Shown here piece by piece: positions 54,550-63,938 of a DNA stretch of 64,000 nucleotides. This stretch comes from an uncultured virus (IMG/VR IMGVR_UViG_3300037294_000661) (Duplodnaviria > Heunggongvirae > Uroviricota > Caudoviricetes). Made by a program: the position numbers and the translations under genes. The DNA lies in IMG/VR virus record IMGVR_UViG_3300037294_000661; one strand, 5' to 3'. The notes beneath the pieces are model-generated. The model searched no databases, had not been told where the DNA came from, and saw only the letters and a list, made by a program, of their open reading frames with translations. Every line of letters starts with the position of its first letter. Within the stretch, counting starts at the first letter, position 1.

Positions 54550-56037
54550 TCAGGCAGGGGGTGTTGCAGGATCGGCAAGGGCAGCGTTGGGCTCAGCGCT
54601 GCCACCGTCCTTGGATGTGCGGCGAGGGTCGGAGTCGAAAATCAAACCCAGTTCATCCGCACGTGCGTTGTCGGCGGCGATCTCCCGGTCGACGTCCTCG
54701 GCATCCATGCCGAAGGCCGAGATGGCTTCCGAACGCGACATCAGGCCCGCGCGAATCGCCAGCAGCATCGCTTTGAATTCTTTCTCGGGATCGACCCACT
54801 GCCAGCCCTGTGCGATCCATTTGCAGGCGGCGTACTCGCGACGGCGCTGAGTGAATCCCGGCGCAGCGATGGTTCCTGACAGGACGGCCTGATCCAACCA
54901 CGCATTCCAGACAGGGCGGCACATCTGATGAACCAACACGCCGTGCTGGATGGCCTCCATTCGACGGCGAAATTCCAGCAGACCGGCACGAATCGATGAG
55001 TAGTTCACCCCGGACAGGTCGCCGGTCAGTTGTTCGTAGGTGACGCCGATGGCGGAAGCCACCGCACGAAACTGCGTGCGCAGAAACTCCCCGTAGGAGC
55101 CGCCGACATCGGCAGGCTCGGAGAATTTCACGTCCTCGCCGGGTTCCAGAATCTGCAGCGTGCCCGGTTCCAGCCCAGCGAGGGCGATGCCGTTGGGGTC
55201 GGAGAGTCCCTCGCCCATGAGGTTGTCCTCGGGCGACTGGCGGGTGATGAAACCGGCAAACATTGCGGCGGTTTTCTTGCGCACCAGCTCGGCATCATCG
55301 TACTGATCAAGCTCGTTCAGCTTCACCAGCGCGCGTGAGAGCCACGGCTCGCCGCGAATCTGGCCGGGGCGCAGCACACGATAGAGGTGCATGATTTCCT
55401 TCGCGGGGACACGCACCGTGTCTTGACCGCCTTGCGAGGACATCGGCGACAGGCGTCCATCCTCTGGGTGGGAGCGGTACAGGTGGTAGGCCACGCGCCG
55501 ACCCATCGCATCGAACTCGATGCCGGATCGGATAACGTTGCCTGATGGCAATTCGGTATTCAGCGTCAGCGGCAGGTGTTCGGCTTCCAGCAGTTGCAAC
55601 TGCAGCGGCACCACCAATCCATCCTCGGGACGGCGCGGGCGCAGGCGGATAAGACACTCACCGCCCTCGCACATCGCCCGTGCCGCCAGCGCTTGCAAGC
55701 CGTAAAAATCCGTCTGGCCGGTGGCGTCCGCTTCCTCCGTCCAGTCGCGCCACAGCGCCTGCACCGCGACGCGGAAGGTATCGTCCTGTGCCATTGATTG
55801 CGGTTTGATGCCGGTACCGACGGCATTGGCGACGAAGGCTTCGATGCCAGCATTCGCCCAAGCATTGCGGCGCACTAGATCCCGCGATTTCATCCGCAGC
55901 TCGTTGGATGTCGCCAGCATCGCAGCCACCGCGCCCGGGTTGCCGGGCATCCACGCCATTGCGCGCCGCCCACCGCCAGCGGCCTCATGGATAGGGGCCC
56001 CGCCGAACAGGGTGCGAATTTTCGTGACCCAGCTCAT
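54550..56037 (-). CDS. Portal protein (lambda gpB family)
   Basis: SRDLVRRN, RPGQIRG.P, NYSSIRAGLLE and WVDPEKE. Confidence 0.95.
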   Translation of the reverse strand: MSWVTKIRTLFGGAPIHEAAGGGRRAMAWMPGNPGAVAAMLATSNELRMKSRDLVRRNAWANAGIEAFVANAVGTGIKPQSMAQDDTFRVAVQALWRDWTEEADATGQTDFYGLQALAARAMCEGGECLIRLRPRRPEDGLVVPLQLQLLEAEHLPLTLNTELPSGNVIRSGIEFDAMGRRVAYHLYRSHPEDGRLSPMSSQGGQDTVRVPAKEIMHLYRVLRPGQIRGEPWLSRALVKLNELDQYDDAELVRKKTAAMFAGFITRQSPEDNLMGEGLSDPNGIALAGLEPGTLQILEPGEDVKFSEPADVGGSYGEFLRTQFRAVASAIGVTYEQLTGDLSGVNYSSIRAGLLEFRRRMEAIQHGVLVHQMCRPVWNAWLDQAVLSGTIAAPGFTQRRREYAACKWIAQGWQWVDPEKEFKAMLLAIRAGLMSRSEAISAFGMDAEDVDREIAADNARADELGLIFDSDPRRTSKDGGSAEPNAALADPATPPA

Positions 56038-56258
56038 CAGAAGCCCTTCCTGGTTGTGACCCGAATCTGCCTTGGCGCACCGGGCCACAGGCCGGTGGCG
56101 ACCGCTTGCTCGAAGATGTCGCGTTTGACGACGTCGATGGCTGCTTTGAGCTCATCGATAGTGCGGTACTCGACCGTTTTGTCGCCGAAGGTCACGCGCT
56201 TTTCGCCCTTTGCCAATGCGGCTTCGAGCGCATCGAGGTGTGCTTGTGTGTAGGCCAT
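56037..56258 (-). CDS. Head completion protein (gpW-like)
   Basis: LDALEAALAKG..RVTF..KTVEYR...EL. Confidence 0.85.
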   Translation of the reverse strand: MAYTQAHLDALEAALAKGEKRVTFGDKTVEYRTIDELKAAIDVVKRDIFEQAVATGLWPGAPRQIRVTTRKGF

Positions 56259-56650
56259 CAGCGGTGCACCGTGAGGTTGATTTCGGTGGAGTCGTCGAAC
56301 GATGCAGCAGTGGTTGCGCAACTAATATCGACGTACTGCGCGGTCTTTTGATCGGTGCTGGAGCGCACGATGGCAATCCGCTGCGTGCCGCTGTTGGTGC
56401 TACTGCGCGCCAAGGCTGTCCAGCAGTAGTTGGCATCCGGCATCGGCGCAGTAAATGTCACGCGGTAACGTCCAGCAGCTGTCCGCGTCACGCCAGCGAC
56501 GTTGTGCCCGGCACGCAGGACGACTTGGTTGCCGACATAACCAAAACACACCCACGCACGGGCGAGGCCCGGGTGGGTGGAATCGATCTTTGTCTTCACC
56601 TCAAGCCCGATGCGACTGGCCAGCGCGGTGATGCGCGAGGCGAGGCTCAT
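56258..56650 (-). CDS. Fibre/spike-like phage protein
   Basis: ARAWVCF....NV..VTR...GRYRVTF..PMPDANY, a pattern seen at phage fibre C-termini. Confidence 0.65.
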   Translation of the reverse strand: MSLASRITALASRIGLEVKTKIDSTHPGLARAWVCFGYVGNQVVLRAGHNVAGVTRTAAGRYRVTFTAPMPDANYCWTALARSSTNSGTQRIAIVRSSTDQKTAQYVDISCATTAASFDDSTEINLTVHR

Positions 56651-57141
56651 CAGACCAGCGCGCCTACAAAGACTGCGACAAAGTCGGTGTCGGTATTGCC
56701 AACATCCGTGGCTGCCACTGCGCCGATATTGGTACGGGCCTGTAGTTGCTCCGCGACGGTGAGTGACTGTGCTGCATCGAAGCGCACGCGGTTATTGACG
56801 GCAGCCAGTAGTGCATCGAGGCCGCTGGTGCCGTTCTGCAAAAGCTGCTGGATTTCCACCAGGGTGTCGTAGGCTGCATCAGCCCCACCGAGAATCTCGG
56901 TCTTGAGGGCATCGAGCAGCGTGACGATCTTGTTTGACGAGTAGGTGCTGGTGGTTGTGACCTGAGCATCGTCGATGACCGCCGACGACACGACAGCCGC
57001 CTTGAGTTCGTTGATGGCCGCCACCAGATTCGACTTGTCGGTAGTGGTGAGGCTGGCCAGATTGCCTGCCTTGGCGCGAACGTCGTTGAATTCTTGGGCA
57101 ACCCGGATGACCAGGCTCTCGATACGGGTGGAAAGACTCAT
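56650..57141 (-). CDS. Fibre-like phage protein
   Basis: GNLASLTTTDKSNLVAAINEL, DTLVEI and QARTNIGA repeat-like motifs. Confidence 0.7.
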   Translation of the reverse strand: MSLSTRIESLVIRVAQEFNDVRAKAGNLASLTTTDKSNLVAAINELKAAVVSSAVIDDAQVTTTSTYSSNKIVTLLDALKTEILGGADAAYDTLVEIQQLLQNGTSGLDALLAAVNNRVRFDAAQSLTVAEQLQARTNIGAVAATDVGNTDTDFVAVFVGALV

Positions 57142-57158
57142 GAAATGCTCCTTAAAGG

Positions 57159-59117
57159 TCAGGACAGCCAGCGACTTTTGATGACGCGCCGACCTGATTG
57201 ACGAGGCCCGGAAACAGCGAGGCCACCGCGTTGGGTGGCCTCGTCGTTGTGCGGGAGAGAAACGGAATCGGGTGGTGCCGCGATTCCGAGTTGACGTTCC
57301 AGTTCGCGCCAATGGCGCTCCTCGAAACGGTCGAGGCCCGCAGCCGATGCGGCGGCCCTCGCGTACACGTAACAGTCGAGCGCTTCATTGCGCTCGCGCA
57401 TCTTTTGCCACTCGCGGATGGCAAAGCCATTGCGGTCGCGGCGGGTAATCAGTTGCTCGGCGCACAGTTGCTGGATGAATTCGGCATCGACCTTTGGCAG
57501 ATGGACGAATCCGGCAGGAAAGGAGGTGGTCACGCCGTCCTCAAGCACGTCGGCAGCCTTGCGCAGGTTGTTGTAGAACTCCAGCTTGGCGATGCCCACC
57601 GCCACCGAGAACACCTTGATACCCCGGCGCAGCTTTTTGCCGCCCTGCGAGACATCCACCGCCGTTGGCGTGCCAATGAGTGCTGCGCCCCGAGCGACAC
57701 CCTTGACCGGCATCACCCGGGGGTCGCCACAGGCGCGCACGAAGGTGTAGGCCTCCTGCGTGGCAAAGCCGGTGTCGAGCGCAAAGCGCGCCAGTGGCAG
57801 CGCTGCACCCGACTCGTGCGTCCACGTCTGGGCGACCAGTTCGGCCAGACGTTTCCACACCGCGTCGCGGGCGGTGTCGCCCATCAGCACCCGGTGCTCG
57901 ACCAGCCACGATTCCTTGCTGCGGCCAAATGCCCAGATTGATGCCTCGATGCGATCCTTCTGCACGTCGGCACCGCCGACCAGCAGCAAACCGCCGTTGG
58001 GCACTGCGCCGATCCGGTAATCCTCCCGGCGCTCGACCAGACGTTGCCAGTCCGGCGCTTCGCCTTCCTCGACCCACGTTTCGCCAAGCTCGGTGTTTTT
58101 GAAGGTCTTGATGGCTGCCGCCGATCCCGATTCCTTGCTCACGGCGCTCTCCCACGCGGCGGCGATATCGCGCCAACTGCGCCAGCCCACCGGGCTGTAC
58201 AGCGACGAGAGGTGGAAGCCTGCGGTTTTGCCTGCGCCGTCAGTAACCATCGCACGCCACTCGCCGTGTTCCAGCATCCACGTCTTGTGGTGCTCGGCAA
58301 TCGGCTCATCGCAGGATTCACACACGTAGGCCGCCGTTTCAGGCTGACCTTTCTCCCAACGCAATTGTTCAAAGCGCATCCATTGCCGATGAGCGCAATG
58401 CGGGCACGGTACAAAGTAGCGCCGCTGGTCGGATGCTTCATATTCCCTCTCAATCGCCGAAGCCCCCGAGATCGTCGGAGTCGAGACAATGAAAATCTTT
58501 CGGCGCGCAAACGTGCGCGTCCGGGCTTCGGCCAGCGAAATCGCGTCGCCTTCGCCCTCTACATCAATCGGGTACCCATCCACCTCGTCCAGGAACAGAT
58601 AGCGCACCGGCATCGAACGCAGGCCCACCGCACTGTTGGCACCGGTCATCACCAGCACGCCACCCCGAAACTCTTTGGCGAGGATGGTGTTGCCCGAGTC
58701 GCGCGAGCGCGCTGGAGCGATCAGTTCGGACAGCGCCGCCGACTCCTCGATCAGAGGGTCGATACGCTGCTTTGAATTGCGCTTGGCCATATCCACTGTT
58801 GGCCACACGGCCATCATTGGCCCGGGCGCGTGGTGGATCACGTAGCCAATCCAGTTCGATCCCATCTCGGTCGCGCCGAGCTGGGCAGCCTTCATGAACG
58901 CCACGCGCTCGACCGGCGAGGTCGGCGACAGGCAGTCCATGATCGCTTTCAGGTACGGCGTGCGGCTGGTGCGCCAGCGTCCCGGCTCGGCGGATGCCTT
59001 GGAAGACAGCATCCGGTGCCGATCCGACCACTCCGATACGGTCAGCAGCGGATCTGGCGTCAGTCCCTCGCGCCAAGCACGCTCGATCTCGGCGGCTCCT
59101 TCGTAGTCCATTTCCAT
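57159..59117 (-). CDS. Terminase large subunit (lambda gpA family)
   Basis: KAAQLGATE, FLDEVD, STPT, CPHC and NEALDC. Confidence 0.95.
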   Translation of the reverse strand: MEMDYEGAAEIERAWREGLTPDPLLTVSEWSDRHRMLSSKASAEPGRWRTSRTPYLKAIMDCLSPTSPVERVAFMKAAQLGATEMGSNWIGYVIHHAPGPMMAVWPTVDMAKRNSKQRIDPLIEESAALSELIAPARSRDSGNTILAKEFRGGVLVMTGANSAVGLRSMPVRYLFLDEVDGYPIDVEGEGDAISLAEARTRTFARRKIFIVSTPTISGASAIEREYEASDQRRYFVPCPHCAHRQWMRFEQLRWEKGQPETAAYVCESCDEPIAEHHKTWMLEHGEWRAMVTDGAGKTAGFHLSSLYSPVGWRSWRDIAAAWESAVSKESGSAAAIKTFKNTELGETWVEEGEAPDWQRLVERREDYRIGAVPNGGLLLVGGADVQKDRIEASIWAFGRSKESWLVEHRVLMGDTARDAVWKRLAELVAQTWTHESGAALPLARFALDTGFATQEAYTFVRACGDPRVMPVKGVARGAALIGTPTAVDVSQGGKKLRRGIKVFSVAVGIAKLEFYNNLRKAADVLEDGVTTSFPAGFVHLPKVDAEFIQQLCAEQLITRRDRNGFAIREWQKMRERNEALDCYVYARAAASAAGLDRFEERHWRELERQLGIAAPPDSVSLPHNDEATQRGGLAVSGPRQSGRRVIKSRWLS

Positions 59118-59644
59118 CAATCCACCCTCGGACGCAGCTCGCCCAATTCCTGCAAGTGCTCGCGCACGGCAGCCTCCAGGGCCACGTGCATCGCGTGCGG
59201 ATCGATGCCGAGCTTCGCTGCCATCTGTGCCGAGACGCGCGCTGGCCAGTTGAGCCACGCGTCGCGTTCCGACCGCGCCAGCTTGAAAACGTGGGCGATG
59301 GCCTGCGGCCGATCCACCAGTTCGCCCTTAAGGCGGGCCAGACGCACCTTGTTCGTCTGCGCCTTGACGACCTCGTTGACGGTGCGGGCCTGAAGCAACG
59401 ACGTGCCGCCCGAAGGCAGCGCGGCGGTCTGCTCCCCGGCGTTCTCTCGTACCGCGACGCTCTCTGCGCGCTGTTGCGTTCCCTTTTTTGGGGTGTCCGT
59501 GTTGCGTGCCCACTCGCGGTCGGCACGGTCAGGATCAATGGTGCCGTCAGCCTCGGGCGTCACCCGACCGGCACGAATCGCCTTGTGCACGGCGGTGTCG
59601 GTGACCCCACGGTGACGGGCGTAAGCGCGTATCGAAATTCCCAT
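59117..59644 (-). CDS. Terminase small subunit (Nu1-like)
   Basis: N-terminal HTH (SIRAYARHRGV...VHKAI) and RLKGELVDR; coupled to terL. Confidence 0.85.
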   Translation of the reverse strand: MGISIRAYARHRGVTDTAVHKAIRAGRVTPEADGTIDPDRADREWARNTDTPKKGTQQRAESVAVRENAGEQTAALPSGGTSLLQARTVNEVVKAQTNKVRLARLKGELVDRPQAIAHVFKLARSERDAWLNWPARVSAQMAAKLGIDPHAMHVALEAAVREHLQELGELRPRVD

Positions 59645-59685
59645 TGGCCTCTTCAATCATTTGTTCGTCATTCACGTGGATTCAG

Positions 59686-59715
59686 CTTGGCTTCCATCTG
59701 GAACAGCGCGTTCAT
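59686..59715 (+). promoter_or_regulatory. Bipartite motif, copy 4
   Basis: CTTGGCTT-ccatctggaa-CAGCGCGTTCAT, 35 bp before ATG 59750. Confidence 0.7.
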
Positions 59716-59749
59716 ACGTTCGTCATCCACTTTTTCAAAGGACACGGAA

Positions 59750-59956
59750 ATGAGCCAGATCGAAACCATCCTCACCCTGATCGCACAGAAGCACCTCGGC
59801 ATGGAGACCCTGGAAACGCGCAAGTCGGACAGCCTCGACTTCCACGACACAGCGGTCTGGTGCATCCGCGACGCCCTCGAAGCCGCATTCAAAGCGGGTG
59901 CCGAATTCGGCGCATCGTTGCCAAAAGCCACGGAGTCAGAGATTGCCAACAGCTGA
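59750..59956 (+). CDS. DUF6900-like small protein
   Basis: IAQKHLGMETLETRKSDSLDFHD.AVW.IRDALEAAF.AG. Confidence 0.8.
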   Translation: MSQIETILTLIAQKHLGMETLETRKSDSLDFHDTAVWCIRDALEAAFKAGAEFGASLPKATESEIANS

Positions 59957-59986
59957 TCGAAAGGCATTGAAGCCAAGCACGAAATG

Positions 59987-60016
59987 CTTGGCTTCAGTCC
60001 CGAACAGCGCGTTCAT
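59987..60016 (+). promoter_or_regulatory. Bipartite motif, copy 5
   Basis: CTTGGCTT-cagtcccgaa-CAGCGCGTTCAT; its left half lies in the hairpin GAAGCCAAGCA-cgaaa-TGCTTGGCTTC. Confidence 0.7.
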
Positions 60017-60050
60017 CACATCGCCATCAACCAATACGAAGGAGTACCAA

Positions 60051-60566
60051 ATGACCACCACCCAACTCACCGCCAGCCAGCACGCAGTCCTTGCCCACGC
60101 CATTCATCACGGCGACGGAAAACTCGACTGGTTCCCGGACAACATCAAAGGCGGCGCACGGAAGAAAGTCCTCGACGGACTGTTCAACCGCGCCCTCATC
60201 ACCACCAACGGCAGCGACTGGTTCGTTGCCGCCGAGGGCTACGACGCCCTTGGTTGCGCACGTCCAGCGCCAGCGCCCTTGGCCTCAGACCCCGAGATCG
60301 AGGCCGCCGTGACGGCCGCAGAGGCCACGTGGGCGCAAGAGCGCACCGACACCAAACCCCGCACCCGCGAGAACAGTAAGCAGGCCACCGTGATCCAGAT
60401 GCTGCGGCGTTCCGAGGGCGCAACGGTGCGTCAGATCTGCGAGACCACCGGCTGGCAAGCGCACACCGTGCGCGGCACTTTCGCCGGAGCCTTCAAGAAG
60501 AAACTTGGGCTCGCCATCCTCTCGGACAAGACCGACGGCGGCGAGCGGGTGTACCGGATCGCGTGA
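60051..60566 (+). CDS. DUF3489-family protein
   Basis: SKQATVIQML.R.EGAT...TGWQAHTVRG...KKKLGL...GERVYRIA. Confidence 0.85.
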   Translation: MTTTQLTASQHAVLAHAIHHGDGKLDWFPDNIKGGARKKVLDGLFNRALITTNGSDWFVAAEGYDALGCARPAPAPLASDPEIEAAVTAAEATWAQERTDTKPRTRENSKQATVIQMLRRSEGATVRQICETTGWQAHTVRGTFAGAFKKKLGLAILSDKTDGGERVYRIA

Positions 60567-60597
60567 TCCAGAAAGATTGAAAATGAGGCCATGATCG

Positions 60598-60627
60598 CTT
60601 GGCTTCTCAATCGAACAGCGCGTTACT
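60598..60627 (+). promoter_or_regulatory. Bipartite motif, copy 6 (variant)
   Basis: CTTGGCTT-ctcaatcgaa-CAGCGCGTTACT, 37 bp before ATG 60664. Confidence 0.65.
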
Positions 60628-60663
60628 ACGGGTGTCGCAACGATCAACCCCAAGGAGCCAACG

Positions 60664-61032
60664 ATGAACACCACCAACCAAATCCCCGCCACCCAGAACC
60701 AAGACTGGGGCTTTTGGGGCTCGATGAACGAGAACGCCAGCGCAGCGTGGCCACTGGCGATGACCGCGATCTCGGACGCCACCTGCCAGCCACTCGAATC
60801 GGTCAGACTTTTCCTCGACAGCCGCCACGGACGTCACTTTGCGGATGGCGTCCGCAACCAACTGCACGCAGGCCAGGCACTGGACGACGCGATCCACGCG
60901 GCAACAACGCAGTGGATGACTTGGAAGATCAACCGCCATACCGCCAAGGACTATGGCATCCCACGCGGCTTGCCCTACCTAACGGGCTTTGTGATTCACT
61001 GCGAGATCACCGACGAATCGCTAGCTGCCTGA
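60664..61032 (+). CDS. Hypothetical protein (122 aa)
   Basis: AAGGAG RBS; WGFWG and FLDSRHGRHFAD. Confidence 0.75.
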   Translation: MNTTNQIPATQNQDWGFWGSMNENASAAWPLAMTAISDATCQPLESVRLFLDSRHGRHFADGVRNQLHAGQALDDAIHAATTQWMTWKINRHTAKDYGIPRGLPYLTGFVIHCEITDESLAA

Positions 61033-62267
61033 GCATCGAATGCCACGCCATCCGACTCGCGGGTGGCTTGCTTGCCCGTCCAGTCCTGCCAGCGGCGCAC
61101 GATCACATCGACGTACTTGGGGTCGAGTTCGATCAAGCGCGCCAACCGTCCTGATTTCTCAGCGGCGATCAACGTCGTGCCGGAGCCCCCGAAGGGGTCA
61201 AGCACCACGTTGCCCGGGCGACTCGAATTGCGAATGGCTCGCTCCACCAGTTCCACCGGCTTCATTGTTGGGTGCAGATCGTTTTTGTGCGGCTTCTTGA
61301 TCTGCCAGACGTCGCTCTGGTCGCGATCCCCGCACCAATGGCGCGTCGCGCCTTCGGGCCATCCGTAGAGGATCGGCTCGTACTGTCGCTGGTAGTCGGA
61401 TCGGCCCAGAGTGAAAGTGTTCTTGGCCCAGATCACGAAGGTCGACCACTTGCCACCTGCCTCGCGGAAGGCTGACTGCAGCACATCCAGTTCACTGGAG
61501 GACATCGCCACGTAGATACCACCCCGGCAGTTGGCGATGGTCGGCGTTAACGCCGCCAGCAGGAAATCGTAGAAGCCATCCCCGAGGTTGTCGTTCAGGA
61601 TCGCGCGGTTGGTGCCGCGCATCTTGTCTTTGGCCGTGTTGGCGTAGTTCACGTTGTACGGCGGGTCGGTGAACACCATGTCCACCTGTGCGCCCTGGAG
61701 TAGTTGCTCGAAGCACTCTGCTTTTGTCGAGTCGCCGCACAGCAGGCGGTGGCCACCCAGCACCCAGACATCGCCCGGACGGGAGATTGGCGTCTCGGTA
61801 ATCTCGGGCACGGCATCGTCGTCAGTCTCACCGTCACCGTTGCCATCCTCATCGGCCAGCAAATCTGCCAACGCATCCGCGTCGAAGCCGGTCAGCGACA
61901 CATCGAAGTCGTCGTCCTGCAGCGTCACCAATTCGATGCGCAGCATCGCCTCGTCCCAGCCCGCGTTCTCGGCGATCCGGTTATCAGCTATCACCAGCGC
62001 ACGCCGCTGGGTGGGGCTCAGGTGTTCCAGCACCACGACCGGCACCAGTGTCAGTCCAAGCTTGTGGGCGGCGGCCAGTCGTCCGTGACCAGCGACGATC
62101 ACGCCATCGGCCCCGGCCAGAATCGGGTTGGTGAAACCAAATTCGGCAATCGAGGCAGCAATCTGCGCGACCTGTTCATCCGAGTGTGTCCGCGCATTGC
62201 GGGCGTAGGGCAGCAGTTTGGCGGTCGGCCACTGCTCGATTTTGTCGGCAAGCCAGGACGCGCTCAT
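60996..62267 (-). CDS. ParB-N / N6-N4 DNA methyltransferase fusion
   Basis: PYARNARTH..FGFTNPIL..GHGRL (ParB); TDPPY, HPTMKP and DPFGGSGTT. Confidence 0.95.
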   Translation of the reverse strand: MSASWLADKIEQWPTAKLLPYARNARTHSDEQVAQIAASIAEFGFTNPILAGADGVIVAGHGRLAAAHKLGLTLVPVVVLEHLSPTQRRALVIADNRIAENAGWDEAMLRIELVTLQDDDFDVSLTGFDADALADLLADEDGNGDGETDDDAVPEITETPISRPGDVWVLGGHRLLCGDSTKAECFEQLLQGAQVDMVFTDPPYNVNYANTAKDKMRGTNRAILNDNLGDGFYDFLLAALTPTIANCRGGIYVAMSSSELDVLQSAFREAGGKWSTFVIWAKNTFTLGRSDYQRQYEPILYGWPEGATRHWCGDRDQSDVWQIKKPHKNDLHPTMKPVELVERAIRNSSRPGNVVLDPFGGSGTTLIAAEKSGRLARLIELDPKYVDVIVRRWQDWTGKQATRESDGVAFDAQAASDSSVISQ

Positions 62268-63679
62268 GGCGACACCGCCGCGCCTGCCAGTCGTTCGGCG
62301 GCCACGACCTCGAAGGTCTGGCCCGTGCTTTCTCCAACGCCCAGCAGCGTCACCGGCACATCCGGGAAATTCTGCCGGAAGCGCTTGATCGCAACGTCCA
62401 CGTATTCGGGAGCAATCTCGACCACGCGGCACCGGCGACCCGTGCGCTCGGCGGCCAGCATCGTCGTACCACTACCGCCGAACGGCTCGAACACAATGTC
62501 GCCGCTGTCCGAGTAGGCGTCGAGAATGAACTCCGGCAGCGCCACCGGGAATACGGCGGGGTGGTCGATGTCCTGACCAATCTTGCCTTTGTGCCGCATC
62601 ACCCGGATCACCGAGTCGGGAATCCGCTTGTCCTGCGTGGGCTGGCCTGCGTGCGTCCAGCCGCCAACCTCGCCATCCTTGCCGCGCATCGCTGTCGACG
62701 AGCCATCAGCGCGCAGATGCGAATCCTGTCCCGCGTGCTTGCAGGGCACGATCTTGTTGGGCTTGCGGTTTTGCCGGTTGAAGTGAAAAACGAATTCAAA
62801 GCTCGGGGCCAGCCGCCCCTGCCAGTCGCCGGGCATCCCCGGCCCTTGATCCCAGACGTACCACGCGAAGCGCCGCCAACCCTGTGTGCGCATCCAGCCG
62901 AGCCAGCCGTCCCAATACGGGATGAATTCGTTGTCGCGATGGATCAGTCCGAGGTTAACCAGCACCTGCGCGTCCTCGGCCATCGGCACGTTGCCGAACA
63001 CGCCGCGCATCAGGCCATCCCAATCGGTAATGCCACCGCTGGCGTAGTCACGCTGGTTGCCGTAGGGCGGCGAGGTGAAGCAGAGCTTGGCTTGCTCGCC
63101 CCGCATCAGACTGGCGATCACGGACGGGTCGGCGGCGTCGCCGCAAATCAGGCGGTGCTGACCCAGTACCCACACATCACCAGTGCGAGACACCGGAGTC
63201 GTCGGAGTGTCGGGTACGTCGTCGGCAGTATCTGGCTCGTCGGCGTCCTGCTCCTGGTCGCCATCACCATCACCGAGCTCATCGGCCAGCAGTGCTTCGA
63301 TCTCGGCATCCTCGAAACCGGTGAGTGCGAGGTCGAACCCGGCTTCTGACAACTCAGCCAACTCCAGCGCCAACATCGCGTCATCCCATCCGGCATCCAG
63401 CGCGAGGCGGTTGTCGGAGATCACGTAGGCACGCTTTTGCGTCGGCGACAGATGCGCCAGTTCAATCACCGGCACCTCGGACAGGCCCAGCTTGTGCGCG
63501 GCGGCGAGCCGACCGTGGCCTGCGATGATGCCGTTGTCGCCATCCACCAGCACCGGATTTGTCCAACCGTACTCGACGATGCTGGCGGCGATCTTGGCCA
63601 CCTGTTCGTCGTTGTGCGTTCTTGGATTCCGGGCGTAGGGGATCAGCGCCTCGACCTTGCGGTACTCGACGTTGAGCAT
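62264..63679 (-). CDS. ParB-N / DNA methyltransferase fusion (SPPY, probably N4-C)
   Basis: ParB N-terminus; TSPPY, HPAVFP and EPFGGSGTT. Confidence 0.95.
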   Translation of the reverse strand: MLNVEYRKVEALIPYARNPRTHNDEQVAKIAASIVEYGWTNPVLVDGDNGIIAGHGRLAAAHKLGLSEVPVIELAHLSPTQKRAYVISDNRLALDAGWDDAMLALELAELSEAGFDLALTGFEDAEIEALLADELGDGDGDQEQDADEPDTADDVPDTPTTPVSRTGDVWVLGQHRLICGDAADPSVIASLMRGEQAKLCFTSPPYGNQRDYASGGITDWDGLMRGVFGNVPMAEDAQVLVNLGLIHRDNEFIPYWDGWLGWMRTQGWRRFAWYVWDQGPGMPGDWQGRLAPSFEFVFHFNRQNRKPNKIVPCKHAGQDSHLRADGSSTAMRGKDGEVGGWTHAGQPTQDKRIPDSVIRVMRHKGKIGQDIDHPAVFPVALPEFILDAYSDSGDIVFEPFGGSGTTMLAAERTGRRCRVVEIAPEYVDVAIKRFRQNFPDVPVTLLGVGESTGQTFEVVAAERLAGAAVSP

Positions 63680-63830
63680 ATTCAGTTCGTGTCTCTCAAA
63701 AAGAAGCGGCCCGGACGGGTAAGGAGGGAACCCCGTCGCGGGCCGCGAGCGTCGCTGCTGCGTTGAAATGAAAAAACCCGCCGACGTTCAGACCGTGGGC
63801 GGGTTTCGTAATGCGTGCTGGATGGTGGCG

Positions 63831-63938
63831 GGGTGCAAACTGCAAACCCTGCAAACCTCGGTTTGCAGTCGGACGCTAGCGCAATGCCGCGCTGTCGCCT
63901 CCCGCATACGATTTTGGGAAAGAAGGACCCCTTTTGCC
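63831..63938 (-). other. Prophage cos site (cosQ/cosN/cosB-like)
   Basis: On -: GGGTCCT (63924..63930), 20 bp, GGGAGGCGACAG (63892..63903), CGCGG, then GCAAAC repeats. Lies upstream of the packaging operon of a gpA-type terminase phage. Confidence 0.75.
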
